Positions 11,062-19,638 of a stretch of 64,000 bases of DNA are shown here, piece after piece. The DNA is taken from contig NZ_JAXIVS010000015.1 of the NCBI RefSeq assembly GCF_034259325.1, positions 102,515 to 166,514 of the forward strand, read 5' to 3'. A model generated the notes under the pieces. The model was not told the origin of the DNA, made no database searches, and saw only the letters and a list, made by a program, of their open reading frames with translations. The position numbers and the translations under genes are program-made. Source of the DNA: Hyalangium rubrum (GTDB lineage: Bacteria; Myxococcota; Myxococcia; Myxococcales; Myxococcaceae). How positions within the stretch are numbered: the stretch's first letter is position 1; each line of letters begins with the position of its first letter.

Positions 11062-11400
11062 TCAGTTCTCTTGACCGTTCTGGGTGACGTAGGTGTCGAT
11101 CATCCGGCGGTGCCGCTCGGTGAGCAGCGTGAAGCGCACACCGGAGCGCTCGCGACGCGCCGTGTCCAGCTCCGCCCACTCGCGGACGACCTCGCCCTCC
11201 GCGTAGATGACCTCCTCGGAGCCCGGGAGCTGGAACTGGAGCCCCACGCGCCGGGCGTGGTGCTTCGGCTCGATGAGCTGCGCCAGGCTCAGCCCCTCAG
11301 GGCTGATGTCGGAAGCACGGGTCATGTACGGCACGCCACCCATGTACTTGTTCAGGTAGATGTCGATCGGTGCCCGCTTCGTCTTCCGCTTGTCGCTCAT
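11062..11400 (-). CDS. PilZ-domain protein (c-di-GMP receptor-like)
   Basis: In the 112-aa protein, KRKTKRAPIDIYL (RxxxR motif) and TRASDISPEGLSL (D/NxSxxG motif) are the two PilZ c-di-GMP binding signatures. Confidence 0.7.
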   Translation of the reverse strand: MSDKRKTKRAPIDIYLNKYMGGVPYMTRASDISPEGLSLAQLIEPKHHARRVGLQFQLPGSEEVIYAEGEVVREWAELDTARRERSGVRFTLLTERHRRMIDTYVTQNGQEN

Positions 11401-11558
11401 CTCGTCCCTCGCGTGTTGCTACAGCCCGCTTCCAGGATGAAGCAGGGTGTCGCGAGGGTAGAGGCAAACAGCAAGCTGGCAAGAAAACGGCCGCCGCCCA
11501 CGCCTCATGACTCATGGGTGGCCCTATAGTTTCCCGGCTCTCGTACGAGGAGAAATCG

Positions 11559-12266
11559 ATGCGAATGACATTGCTGGCGACGGTGGTAGTCGGCCTCCTG
11601 GCGTCCCAGGCGCAGGCCCAGGGGAAGGCGAAGGCGCAGCCAGCGCCGGCCGCGGCGCCGACCGCGCAGCTCCAGACGGAGGAAGAGAAGACCCTCTACG
11701 CGCTCGGGCATGGCTTCGGGAAGGGGCTCGCGGTCTTCGGCCTGAGCCCCGCCGAGCTCGAGATCATCAAGCGCGGCCTCACGGACTCCGTCACCGGCGC
11801 GCCCTCCGCCGTCGATGTGGATCTGTACTCCGGAAAGCTGCAGGGGCTCGCCAAGTCACGCCAGGCCAAGGCCAACGACGCGTTCCTGGCGAAGGCGGCC
11901 GAGGAGAAGGGCGCCGTCAAGCTCCCCTCCGGCGTCATCTACAAGGAGGTGCAGGCTGGCACCGGCGCCAACCCCAAGGCCAAGGACACCGTGGCCGTCC
12001 ACTATCGGGGCACGCTGATGACCGGCGAGGAGTTCGACAGCTCCTACCGGCGCAACCAGGTCGCCGAGTTCCCCCTCAACGGCGTCATCCCCTGCTGGAC
12101 CGAGGGCGTGCAGAAGATGAAGGTCGGCGGCAAGGCCCGGCTCGTCTGCCCCGCCAAGGCGGCCTACGGCGATCGCCCGCCCATGGGCTCGAAGATTCCC
12201 CCGAACGCCGTGCTGGAGTTCGAGATCGAGCTGGTGGGCATCCCCGGCGATACCTCCCGGCAGTAG
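11559..12266 (+). CDS. FKBP-type peptidyl-prolyl cis-trans isomerase, periplasmic (FkpA/FklB-like)
   Basis: GGAG SD precedes the ATG at 11559. There is a signal peptide MRMTLLATVVVGLLASQAQAQG. The C-terminus ...VAVHYRGTLMTGEEFDSSYRRNQVAEFPLNGVIPCWTEGVQKMKVGGKARLVCPAKAAYGDR... is a canonical FKBP domain. Confidence 0.85.
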   Translation: MRMTLLATVVVGLLASQAQAQGKAKAQPAPAAAPTAQLQTEEEKTLYALGHGFGKGLAVFGLSPAELEIIKRGLTDSVTGAPSAVDVDLYSGKLQGLAKSRQAKANDAFLAKAAEEKGAVKLPSGVIYKEVQAGTGANPKAKDTVAVHYRGTLMTGEEFDSSYRRNQVAEFPLNGVIPCWTEGVQKMKVGGKARLVCPAKAAYGDRPPMGSKIPPNAVLEFEIELVGIPGDTSRQ

Positions 12267-12303
12267 CGGGAGTCACGGGCCCGGGGATGCGCCCCTGGGT
12301 CCG

Positions 12304-14460
12304 TTAACGCTTCAGCGCCGCCTCCGTGGCGCGCAGCAGCGGCTCGGCGCTCACCGGCAGGCCCGTGGCATTCACCATCCACTGGTCCGGCGTCACCGCC
12401 CCGTAGCTGGACATCCGCTCGAACTCCGCGCCCAGCGGCCCCTTCTTGTGCAGGTGCTCCTCGATCTGGAACGCGATCAGGTGCCCCAGCGGATAGTCCG
12501 GCAGGTACATCGGGTACGAGATCATGTGGCTGTAGATGCCCAGCAGCGGCGTGCCCTGCCCGCCCAGCACCGGCGCGTAGTACTTCTCCCAGTGCTCCTT
12601 GGCGATCGCCACCGTGGCCTCGCGCAGCTGCGCCGGCGTGGCCTCCGGGTGCTCGTACATCCAGTGCCACACCGCGATGTCCACCAGCGCCACGCCGGCG
12701 ATCTCCCACGTGGCCCAGAAGTCGTTGAGCACCCGCTCCTTCTCGGCCGCCGCGTCCGGCTTGCCCAGCCCCAGCAGCTCCATGTCCCGCGCCTGGAACA
12801 CGAACGCCAGCGCTTCCGTGAAGGCGTTGTTGGGCACGCCCTGCAGCAGCGTGTGGTCCACGTTGTAGAGCGAGAACACCTGCTCCACGTTGTGCCCCAG
12901 CTCATGCACGGCGATGTTGTAGCCCTTGTAGTTCATCCCGTCCTTCTCCACCCGCGTGCGCAGGTGGGGGAAGTCGCCGCGCCGCATCGCCTGCATGGCG
13001 TGGCCCGCTCCACGGGACGGATCCACCTCGATGCGCTCGGCCAGATACGCCGCCCGCTCCTTGGTGAAGCCCAGCCCCTGCAGCAGCCGGGGGATGTCCT
13101 TGGAGAACGCCTGCGCCGTCGGGTAGCGCTGCCGCGTCAGCTTGTCCAACTCCTCCGAGGAGCGCGACGAGCCCGGCCGGAACCCGTTGAACCACAGATC
13201 CTGCGGCTCCAGCTTGCGCCCCACCCGCTGCTCGATCAGCTTCGCCACCTTCGGCACCAGCGGCGAGGTGAGCACCTGCGTCAGCAGCGCTTTCACCCGC
13301 TCCTCGGGCAGCTCCCGCTGCAGCTCGAAGCTCCGGGCGATCTGTGTGGGCGCCACCGGCACGTAGGGGTCCACGCGGCGCGCGGCCTTGAAGTGCGCCA
13401 GCAACCGCGCGTACCGGATGTCCGGCTCGGCCGCCGTGTCCACCTTCGCCTGACGCGCCGGAGCGTTCTCCTCCACCGTATTCGCGGGCGCCGCCGTGAC
13501 GGTGTTGGTGAACGGGTTCCAGTCCACCTTCGGGTTGTCGATGACGGCCGCAGGGATCGTCTGGGTGACGATGCGCTCCATCACCTTGATGATCGTCCGC
13601 TGCTTGGCCTGCCCCTTCGCCTTGTCCGCGTAGTCCGCCTTCAGCTCGTCTCGCAGGTTCCAGTGGGTGATGAGCCGCAGCCCCTTCGGGAAGAGCCGCT
13701 CGCCCTTCTCGTCCACCAGGTGGTGCATCCAGATGTTGTACTCGGCGATGTAGAGGTCCGCCTCCGCGCCCGCGCGAGACACCTCCTGCTGCACCTCCGC
13801 CGGGACGCGGCGGTTGAAGCGCCCGGCCAGCCGCGCCTCGGCCCACTGGCGGCGCGTGTAGCTCTTCGCCTGTGCGGCGCGCTCGGCCAGCGTGGTGAGC
13901 GGGAAGTTCAGCAGCACCACGAAGCCCACCTTCGACTGGAACAGATCCTCCGTCGTGTGCGCGCTCGGATCATACGAAGCGAACAGCGGATCCACCGGCA
14001 GCAGCGGCCCCAGGTCCACGTCCGTGGCCCAGCGCACCTCGCGGCCCAGCGCGTTGAAGTAGCCGTCGAGCTGCTCGAAGTTGCGCTCCAGCCGCGCGAA
14101 GGTGGCATCCAGCGCCTTCGGGTCCGCGATGAAGTGCTCGCGGACGAAGGCCGCCATGTCCCCGTCCTCCTCGCGCCACTGCGCGGCTACCTGCTCCACG
14201 CCACGCTCGATGCGAGCTCGCTGGGCCTCACCGTGCTTCGCCACCAGCTCCGCCTTCAGGGCCGAAGTGTCCGGCTTCTTCGCGGACGTGGGCGCGGCGG
14301 GGCTCGATGCGGTCGTCACGGGACGGGCCTCCGAGGAAGCAGGGGCGGGTTGGCTGGCCGGCTCGGCTGACTCCGAGGCAGGCCCCTGAGGTGTTGAGGC
14401 ACAACCCAGCAGGGAGAGAAGGGAGAGCAGGCGAGCGGATCGGGGCAGGTACGAACGCAC
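12304..14460 (-). CDS. Zinc metallopeptidase-like lipoprotein (clan MA gluzincin, HExxH)
   Basis: The GTG at 14460 is preceded by GGAGG at 6 nt. VRSYLPRSARLLSLLSLLGCAS contains a lipobox. The motifs HELGHNVEQ ... NNAFTEALAFV (HExxH followed by a downstream Glu) are reminiscent of the M2/M3 gluzincin arrangement. Family assignment is uncertain. Confidence 0.6.
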   Translation of the reverse strand: MRSYLPRSARLLSLLSLLGCASTPQGPASESAEPASQPAPASSEARPVTTASSPAAPTSAKKPDTSALKAELVAKHGEAQRARIERGVEQVAAQWREEDGDMAAFVREHFIADPKALDATFARLERNFEQLDGYFNALGREVRWATDVDLGPLLPVDPLFASYDPSAHTTEDLFQSKVGFVVLLNFPLTTLAERAAQAKSYTRRQWAEARLAGRFNRRVPAEVQQEVSRAGAEADLYIAEYNIWMHHLVDEKGERLFPKGLRLITHWNLRDELKADYADKAKGQAKQRTIIKVMERIVTQTIPAAVIDNPKVDWNPFTNTVTAAPANTVEENAPARQAKVDTAAEPDIRYARLLAHFKAARRVDPYVPVAPTQIARSFELQRELPEERVKALLTQVLTSPLVPKVAKLIEQRVGRKLEPQDLWFNGFRPGSSRSSEELDKLTRQRYPTAQAFSKDIPRLLQGLGFTKERAAYLAERIEVDPSRGAGHAMQAMRRGDFPHLRTRVEKDGMNYKGYNIAVHELGHNVEQVFSLYNVDHTLLQGVPNNAFTEALAFVFQARDMELLGLGKPDAAAEKERVLNDFWATWEIAGVALVDIAVWHWMYEHPEATPAQLREATVAIAKEHWEKYYAPVLGGQGTPLLGIYSHMISYPMYLPDYPLGHLIAFQIEEHLHKKGPLGAEFERMSSYGAVTPDQWMVNATGLPVSAEPLLRATEAALKR

Positions 14461-14536
14461 GGGGGACCTCCAGAAAAGCGACGAGGGCCCGACCCTCTCG
14501 GATCGGACCCTCATGCGCAACGAAGAACGAGGCGAA

Positions 14537-14740
14537 TTACGCCGCGCGCACGTTCTGGGCCTGCAGGCCCTTGGGACCGCGGGTCACCTCGAACTGGACC
14601 TTCTGACCCTCCTGAAGGGTGCGGAAGCCGTCCATGTTGATCGCGGTGTGGTGGCAGAACACGTCCTCGCCACCGCCATCCTGCGTGATGAAACCGAAGC
14701 CCTTCGCATCGTTGAACCACTTCACGGTACCAGTAGCCAT
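14537..14740 (-). CDS. Cold-shock protein (CspA family)
   Basis: [67 protein letters not shown] (67 aa) carries the RNP1/RNP2 motifs. There is a ~100-nt 5' UTR, typical for csp genes. Confidence 0.9.
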   Translation of the reverse strand: MATGTVKWFNDAKGFGFITQDGGGEDVFCHHTAINMDGFRTLQEGQKVQFEVTRGPKGLQAQNVRAA

Positions 14741-14850
14741 TTCTTCTTCTCTTCCTGACTTCACGGACGCGAATAGCCGTCGTCCGGTCCCCACGAGAAA
14801 ATTCGTTAGAGCAAGTTGAATGTAAGCGGCGCCTATACCCGTGTCCACAT

Positions 14851-16713
14851 CTACCAGCCGCACCTCTGGCCCTTGTTCTGCTCCTGCAACCAGCCGCGCA
14901 GCGGGCCGAAATACTCGATGAGCGGAGTGGCATCCATCTGGCGCTGACCCGTCATGGCGAACAGGGCCTCTGGCCACGGCTTGCTCGCTCCCATCTCCAG
15001 CATGGCCTGGAGCCTCTTGCCGGCCTCCTTGTTCCCGTAGACGGAGCACTCGTGCAGCGGGCCCTTGAAGCCGGCCGCCTCGCACAGCGCCTTGTGGAAC
15101 TGGAACTGGAGGATGCGCGCCAGGAAGTAGCGCGTGTACGGCACGTTGGCCGGCACGTGGTACTTGGCCCCCGGATCGAAGTCCTTCTCGGAGCGCGCCA
15201 CCGGAGCGGCCACGCCCTGGTACTTCTCGCGCAGCGTCCACCACGCCTTGTTGTAGTTGCCCGGCGCTGTCTTGCCCGCGAACACGTCCCAGCGCCACTG
15301 ATCGATCAGCAGGCCGAAGGGCAGGAACGCCACCTTCTCCAGCGCGTCCTTCATCTGGAGGTTGATGAGGTTCTTCTCGTTCTTCGGCACGTCCTTCAAC
15401 AGCCCCGCTTGCTGCAGGTAGCCCGGGGTGATCGACAGGGTGATCGCGTCACCGATGGCCTCGTGGAAGCCGTCGTGGGCGCCGGCCTGATACAGGGCCG
15501 GCTTCGTGAAGTAGTAGGTGTAGTAGTAGTTGTGCCCGAGCTCGTGGTGGATGGTGACGAGATCCTCCTCGGTGGGCTTGATGCACATCTTGATGCGCAG
15601 ATCGTTCTCGTAGGTGACGTCCCACGCGCTGGCGTGGCAGACGACGTCGCGATCCTGCGGCTTGGTGAACTGCGAGCGCTCCCAGAAGGTGGCCGGCAGC
15701 GGCTTGAGGCCCAGCGAGGTGAAGAACTTCTCGCCCAGCTGCACCATCTTCTTCGGGTCGTAGTTCTGCGCCTTGAGCGCCGCGCTCACGTCCAAGCTGG
15801 CCTGGCCGGGGAAGGGCTCCATCAGCGGATAGATGTTGTTCCACTCCTGCGCCCACATGTTGCCGAGCAGGTGCGCGGGGATGGGCTTGCCGGCGGGCAC
15901 CTTGGCCTCGCCGTAGTGCTTGGCCAGCCGGGCGCGCACGTAGCAGTGCAGGTCGTCGTAGAGCGGCTTCACCTGCTGCCACAGGCGCTGCGTCTCCTGC
16001 TCGAACTGCTCGGGAGGCAGGTCATAGGCCGACTTCCAGAGGTTGCCGATGTTGGAGAAGCCGATCTCCTTGGCGCCCTCGTTGCCCAGCGTCACGAAGC
16101 GCTCGTAGAGCGGGCGCATCGGCGGGGAGATGGCGTGCCAGCCCACCCACGCGTCCAGCAGCTCGTCGTAGTTGCGGCTAGCGGCCAGCACGTCCGACAG
16201 CTCGCCGAGATCCCGGCACGCTTCCTTGCCGTCCTTGCTCTTCTTGCAGTACTTGCCCTTGCCGTAGAGGCCCTCGAGCTTCGCGGCGATGGCGGCCACC
16301 TCGGCGCGCTTCTGCGTGTCCGAGGGCGCGGCCAGCGCGGAGCTGACGCGCAGCAGGTGGATGGTACGCGCGGTGTCCGCGTCGAGCTTCAGCCCGTCGA
16401 ACCGGCGCGAGTCCTTGATGGCCTGGTTCATGTAGGCCAGGACTTCTTCGTTCACCCAGGCGGCGTTCCGCTCGGTGTCGTCGGTGATGTACGTGGACTT
16501 GATCCACTCGGCGGTGGCCTGACGGGTCCACAGCCGCTTGAGGTCGGCGTTGACGCGCTCGGCGAACTTCTTGGCCTCCTCGGCGGTGGCCTTGGCCTGG
16601 GGAGCCGCGGCGCTCGCGGGGGGCGTTCCCTGCGCCGTCGCGGGCAGCGCGAACAGCAGCGCGGCCGCACAGGCCGCACGGAAGAGGGGCAGCACGGTGA
16701 GGTTTCGGATCAT
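14851..16713 (-). CDS. Secreted peptidyl-dipeptidase A-like metallopeptidase (family M2, ACE-like)
   Basis: There is a signal peptide [68 protein letters not shown] matches the ACE active-site block HHEMGHxQY...[12 protein letters not shown] almost residue-for-residue. Confidence 0.75.
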   Translation of the reverse strand: MIRNLTVLPLFRAACAAALLFALPATAQGTPPASAAAPQAKATAEEAKKFAERVNADLKRLWTRQATAEWIKSTYITDDTERNAAWVNEEVLAYMNQAIKDSRRFDGLKLDADTARTIHLLRVSSALAAPSDTQKRAEVAAIAAKLEGLYGKGKYCKKSKDGKEACRDLGELSDVLAASRNYDELLDAWVGWHAISPPMRPLYERFVTLGNEGAKEIGFSNIGNLWKSAYDLPPEQFEQETQRLWQQVKPLYDDLHCYVRARLAKHYGEAKVPAGKPIPAHLLGNMWAQEWNNIYPLMEPFPGQASLDVSAALKAQNYDPKKMVQLGEKFFTSLGLKPLPATFWERSQFTKPQDRDVVCHASAWDVTYENDLRIKMCIKPTEEDLVTIHHELGHNYYYTYYFTKPALYQAGAHDGFHEAIGDAITLSITPGYLQQAGLLKDVPKNEKNLINLQMKDALEKVAFLPFGLLIDQWRWDVFAGKTAPGNYNKAWWTLREKYQGVAAPVARSEKDFDPGAKYHVPANVPYTRYFLARILQFQFHKALCEAAGFKGPLHECSVYGNKEAGKRLQAMLEMGASKPWPEALFAMTGQRQMDATPLIEYFGPLRGWLQEQNKGQRCGW

Positions 16714-16767
16714 GGGCGGCGACCCTAGAGGAAGCGCCGACCGAAGGCACTCCGAAACATCGGAGGC

Positions 16768-17703
16768 TCAGAGGGAAGCCGCGCCGTGTTCGACCGTTCG
16801 CACTCTGCGTGCCGCCTGCTGACGCAGTGCGAAAAGCGCGAGGTCCTTGTCCTTGGCCTCCAGCATGAGGTCCGCGGGGGACTCGAGCGCGGCGAGCACC
16901 GCGCGGAAGTCGGCCGGAGCGATGCGGTCGGCGTGCGCTCCGGGCTTGCCGTCCTTCTTCTGGCTGGCCAGGTGGTACTTGGGACGCAGGCCCAGCGCGT
17001 GCCAGGAGGCGGCGGACTCGCGCAGCAGCTCGTCCAGGGGCATCACCGGGTTCGAGGGCAGCACCGCGTTGTGCAGGTTGTCGGCGAGGAACGGGACGCC
17101 ATGCTCGCGAGCCAGCGGGAGCACCTCGCGCGCGGTCCACACCTTGTCATCGTGTTCGATGACGAGCCGGTCGCGCAGCTCCTCCGGCATCGTGTCCAGC
17201 ATGCGGTGGGCGGCCTCCAGGGCCTCGGGTCGGCTGGGGGCCGCGCCTCCCACGTGAATGACGACGCGCGACTCGGGGCCCTGGCCGAGCAGATCCAGGA
17301 CACGGGCGCCGTAGCGCAGCTCGGCGAGGGCGGCCTCGCGCACGTGGGGGTGGCGGGATGAAAGAGAGGCGCCCGCGGGCGAAGGGTGCAGGGAGAGCCG
17401 CTGGCGGGAGCGCTGGGCGATCTGGCCCAGGCGCGCGAAGGTGGAGGCGTAGGTCCGCCACCACGGCAGCGTGTTCACCGGATGGGAGGCGAAGGGAATG
17501 AGCGAGGAGCCGATGCGGAACAGCTCGATGCCGTGCTTCTCGTTGAACAGGAGGATCTGCTCCAGTTCGGCGAGATTCAGCTCGATGAGCTCCGACAGGC
17601 GGCGCGGGGTGACGCCCGCCAGCCGGCACGTGTGGCTCGCGCCCAGCTCCAGCGAGAGGCAGTTGGCGACGTAGCCCAGGCGATACGAGGAGAGGCCTTC
17701 CAT
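16768..17703 (-). CDS. uvsE: UV DNA damage endonuclease (UvsE/UVDE)
   Basis: MEGLSSYRLGYVANCLSL...NEKHGIELFRIGSSLIPFASHP...LSLHPSP...IHVGG... shows a TIM-barrel UvdE family profile. Confidence 0.8.
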   Translation of the reverse strand: MEGLSSYRLGYVANCLSLELGASHTCRLAGVTPRRLSELIELNLAELEQILLFNEKHGIELFRIGSSLIPFASHPVNTLPWWRTYASTFARLGQIAQRSRQRLSLHPSPAGASLSSRHPHVREAALAELRYGARVLDLLGQGPESRVVIHVGGAAPSRPEALEAAHRMLDTMPEELRDRLVIEHDDKVWTAREVLPLAREHGVPFLADNLHNAVLPSNPVMPLDELLRESAASWHALGLRPKYHLASQKKDGKPGAHADRIAPADFRAVLAALESPADLMLEAKDKDLALFALRQQAARRVRTVEHGAASL

Positions 17704-17822
17704 GGCTCTTCAGATTCGCCATGGGCCGATCGTTGCGAGGCCCCTCCAGGCCTGCCCGAGGAGCTGGCAGGCACCCCACCCCTTTCCTCCCGCAACCCCA
17801 CTCGACGCTACAAGTTGAAGCC

Positions 17823-18923
17823 ATGCTGCTGGGCTTGATGGGGGATCCAAGGTGGCCAGCGCCCGCCGAGACGCTGGCTGATGCGCGTAACTTCCTGGAG
17901 CGCCTGAGGGACCGTCAGGTCCTGGTGGCGCCCCACACGGATGTGGATGGGCTGTCCTCCGGGGTGCTCGCCTTGCGAGCGCTCCGAGCAATGGGCGCTC
18001 GCCCCTCCGTGCAGCTTCCTGGGAAGGGAGAGCACGCCCACTCGCCTCCCTTCCAGCAGCGCCTGCGCCGCGTGGGAGCCGATGCACTGATGGTGCTCGA
18101 CATGGGCAGCCGCGCCGGACCCATCCTCCCGGAGCTCCCCACCCTCATCGTGGACCACCACCCGTCCACTGAGTTCCCCGAGGGGGCCCTGGTGCTCTCG
18201 GGCTACGGCCACGAGCCCATTGCCCCCACCAGCGTGCTGACCTACGCGCTCGTCTCGCCCATGATCATCCCCGGTCCCCTGGAGTGGCTGGCGGTGATGG
18301 GGGCGGTGGCGGACCTGGGCGCGGACGCACCCCTGCCCTATCTGAAGGACGCGCTGCGCCGCGCGGGCCGAAAGGCCGTGACCGAGGCCGTCGCACTGCT
18401 CAACGCCGCGCGCCGCTCGTCCCGATTCGCCGCGCCCCTGGCACTCGACGTGCTGATGAAGGCCGGGAGTGCCGCGGACATCGCGGAGGGTCGTGTCTCC
18501 GGGGTGGATGCGCTCCGCGACTGCCGCCTGGAGGTCCAGCGCGAGGTGGCCCGCTGCGCGAAGACGCCGCCCCGCTTCACGGGCAACGTGGCGCTGTTGC
18601 TGTTCAGCTCCGGTGCCCAGATCCACCCCCTGGTGGCGGTCCGCTGGGCCCAGCGCCTGCCCGAGCACATCGTCATCGCCGCCAACACGGGCTATCTGCC
18701 CGGGCGGGTGAACTTCGCCCTGCGCAGTCGGCTCCCGCAGGATCTCATCGCCTTCCTGAAGGGGCTGGGTCTGCCACCTTTGGAGGGAGAGTTCGCCAAC
18801 GGCCATGCCCGCGCCACGGGCGGCAGCCTCCCCGCGCGAGAGTTCCTCCTGTTCGCCGAGGCGCTGGGCTTCCGAGGTCTCCGTACGGAAGAGGTGGAGC
18901 GCCGGGGTGTGGCGCCAGGCTGA
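17823..18923 (+). CDS. DHH-family phosphoesterase (NrnA/RecJ-like core)
   Basis: From the ATG at 17823 the protein runs MLLGLMGDPRW...VLVAPHTDVDGLSSGVLA...LIVDHHP.... DHH motifs I-III are present. Confidence 0.7.
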   Translation: MLLGLMGDPRWPAPAETLADARNFLERLRDRQVLVAPHTDVDGLSSGVLALRALRAMGARPSVQLPGKGEHAHSPPFQQRLRRVGADALMVLDMGSRAGPILPELPTLIVDHHPSTEFPEGALVLSGYGHEPIAPTSVLTYALVSPMIIPGPLEWLAVMGAVADLGADAPLPYLKDALRRAGRKAVTEAVALLNAARRSSRFAAPLALDVLMKAGSAADIAEGRVSGVDALRDCRLEVQREVARCAKTPPRFTGNVALLLFSSGAQIHPLVAVRWAQRLPEHIVIAANTGYLPGRVNFALRSRLPQDLIAFLKGLGLPPLEGEFANGHARATGGSLPAREFLLFAEALGFRGLRTEEVERRGVAPG

Positions 18924-18948
18924 GCCGGGTGCGGTATGAGGTGCGGCC

Positions 18949-19482
18949 ATGTTCCGAATCCCTCTGGCCCTCCCTCTCCTCCTGCTCCCCTCTCTGCTTG
19001 CCTGTGGAACCACGGACCCGCAGCCCCAGGGCTGTGAGCGCTTCGAGTTCGCGCTCGCTCCCGAGGCGTCCGCGCTCCACGTCACCTGTTCGAGCACCAG
19101 CTGTGGCAACGGGCTGAATCCGCCCACCGCGGGCCGGCACTGCAGCAGCACCCTCTCCTGCCGCGTCCATGACACCGAGCAGCCCTCGTGTGTCTGGCTG
19201 CACAACCTGGAGCACGGCCACGCGGTCTTCCTCTACAACTGCCCCGAGGGCTGCCCCGAGGAGGTGGCCAAGCTCGAAGAGGCCCAGCGGAGCGCGCGGC
19301 GCGGCGGCAACGACGTTCCCCGGGCACTGGTGGCCCCGGATCCCAACATCCCCAACCGGGTGGCCGCCATCCTGTGGCGGCGCGCGTATCTGACGGACAG
19401 CGCGGACCCTGAAGCCCTCCGGTGCCTGCTGGCGCTCCAGGATCAGGATGCGCCAGAGCCGGGCCTCAGCTGCGCTCCCTGA
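18949..19482 (+). CDS. DUF3105-like lipoprotein
   Basis: It has a lipobox (LLPSLLACGT). ...WLHNLEHGHAVFLYNCP...ALVAPDPNIPNRVAAILWRR resembles the DUF3105 family. Confidence 0.55.
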   Translation: MFRIPLALPLLLLPSLLACGTTDPQPQGCERFEFALAPEASALHVTCSSTSCGNGLNPPTAGRHCSSTLSCRVHDTEQPSCVWLHNLEHGHAVFLYNCPEGCPEEVAKLEEAQRSARRGGNDVPRALVAPDPNIPNRVAAILWRRAYLTDSADPEALRCLLALQDQDAPEPGLSCAP

Positions 19483-19638
19483 GCCTCGGGCCAGGTGAGC
19501 AATCCCAAGGAAATGCTTGGGCTTTTCTGACCTGGGCCACGGCCGCGTGGACCCGCGTGGATGAAGTTTCGTAAGGCGTTTAGACCCAACGCGGGCCCCG
19601 TGCGTTCGAGTCGCGTCCCTACCGAACACGGAGACCCC

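Noticed and set aside
11401-11558. CTGGCAAGAAAACGGCC sigma54-like element between pilZ and the FKBP gene
   Set aside because: -12 region reads CGGC rather than TTGC. Too weak to call.
12448-14370. 640-aa plus-strand ORF
   Set aside because: It is antisense to the HExxH lipoprotein gene. No supporting motifs.
14537-15298. 253-aa minus-strand ORF containing the csp sequence at its C-terminus
   Set aside because: Only the last 67 codons (14537-14740) are the cold-shock protein. The upstream portion overlaps the 3' end of the M2 peptidase gene in another frame and is non-coding 5' UTR.
15052-16728. 558-aa plus-strand ORF
   Set aside because: It is antisense to the M2 peptidase gene.
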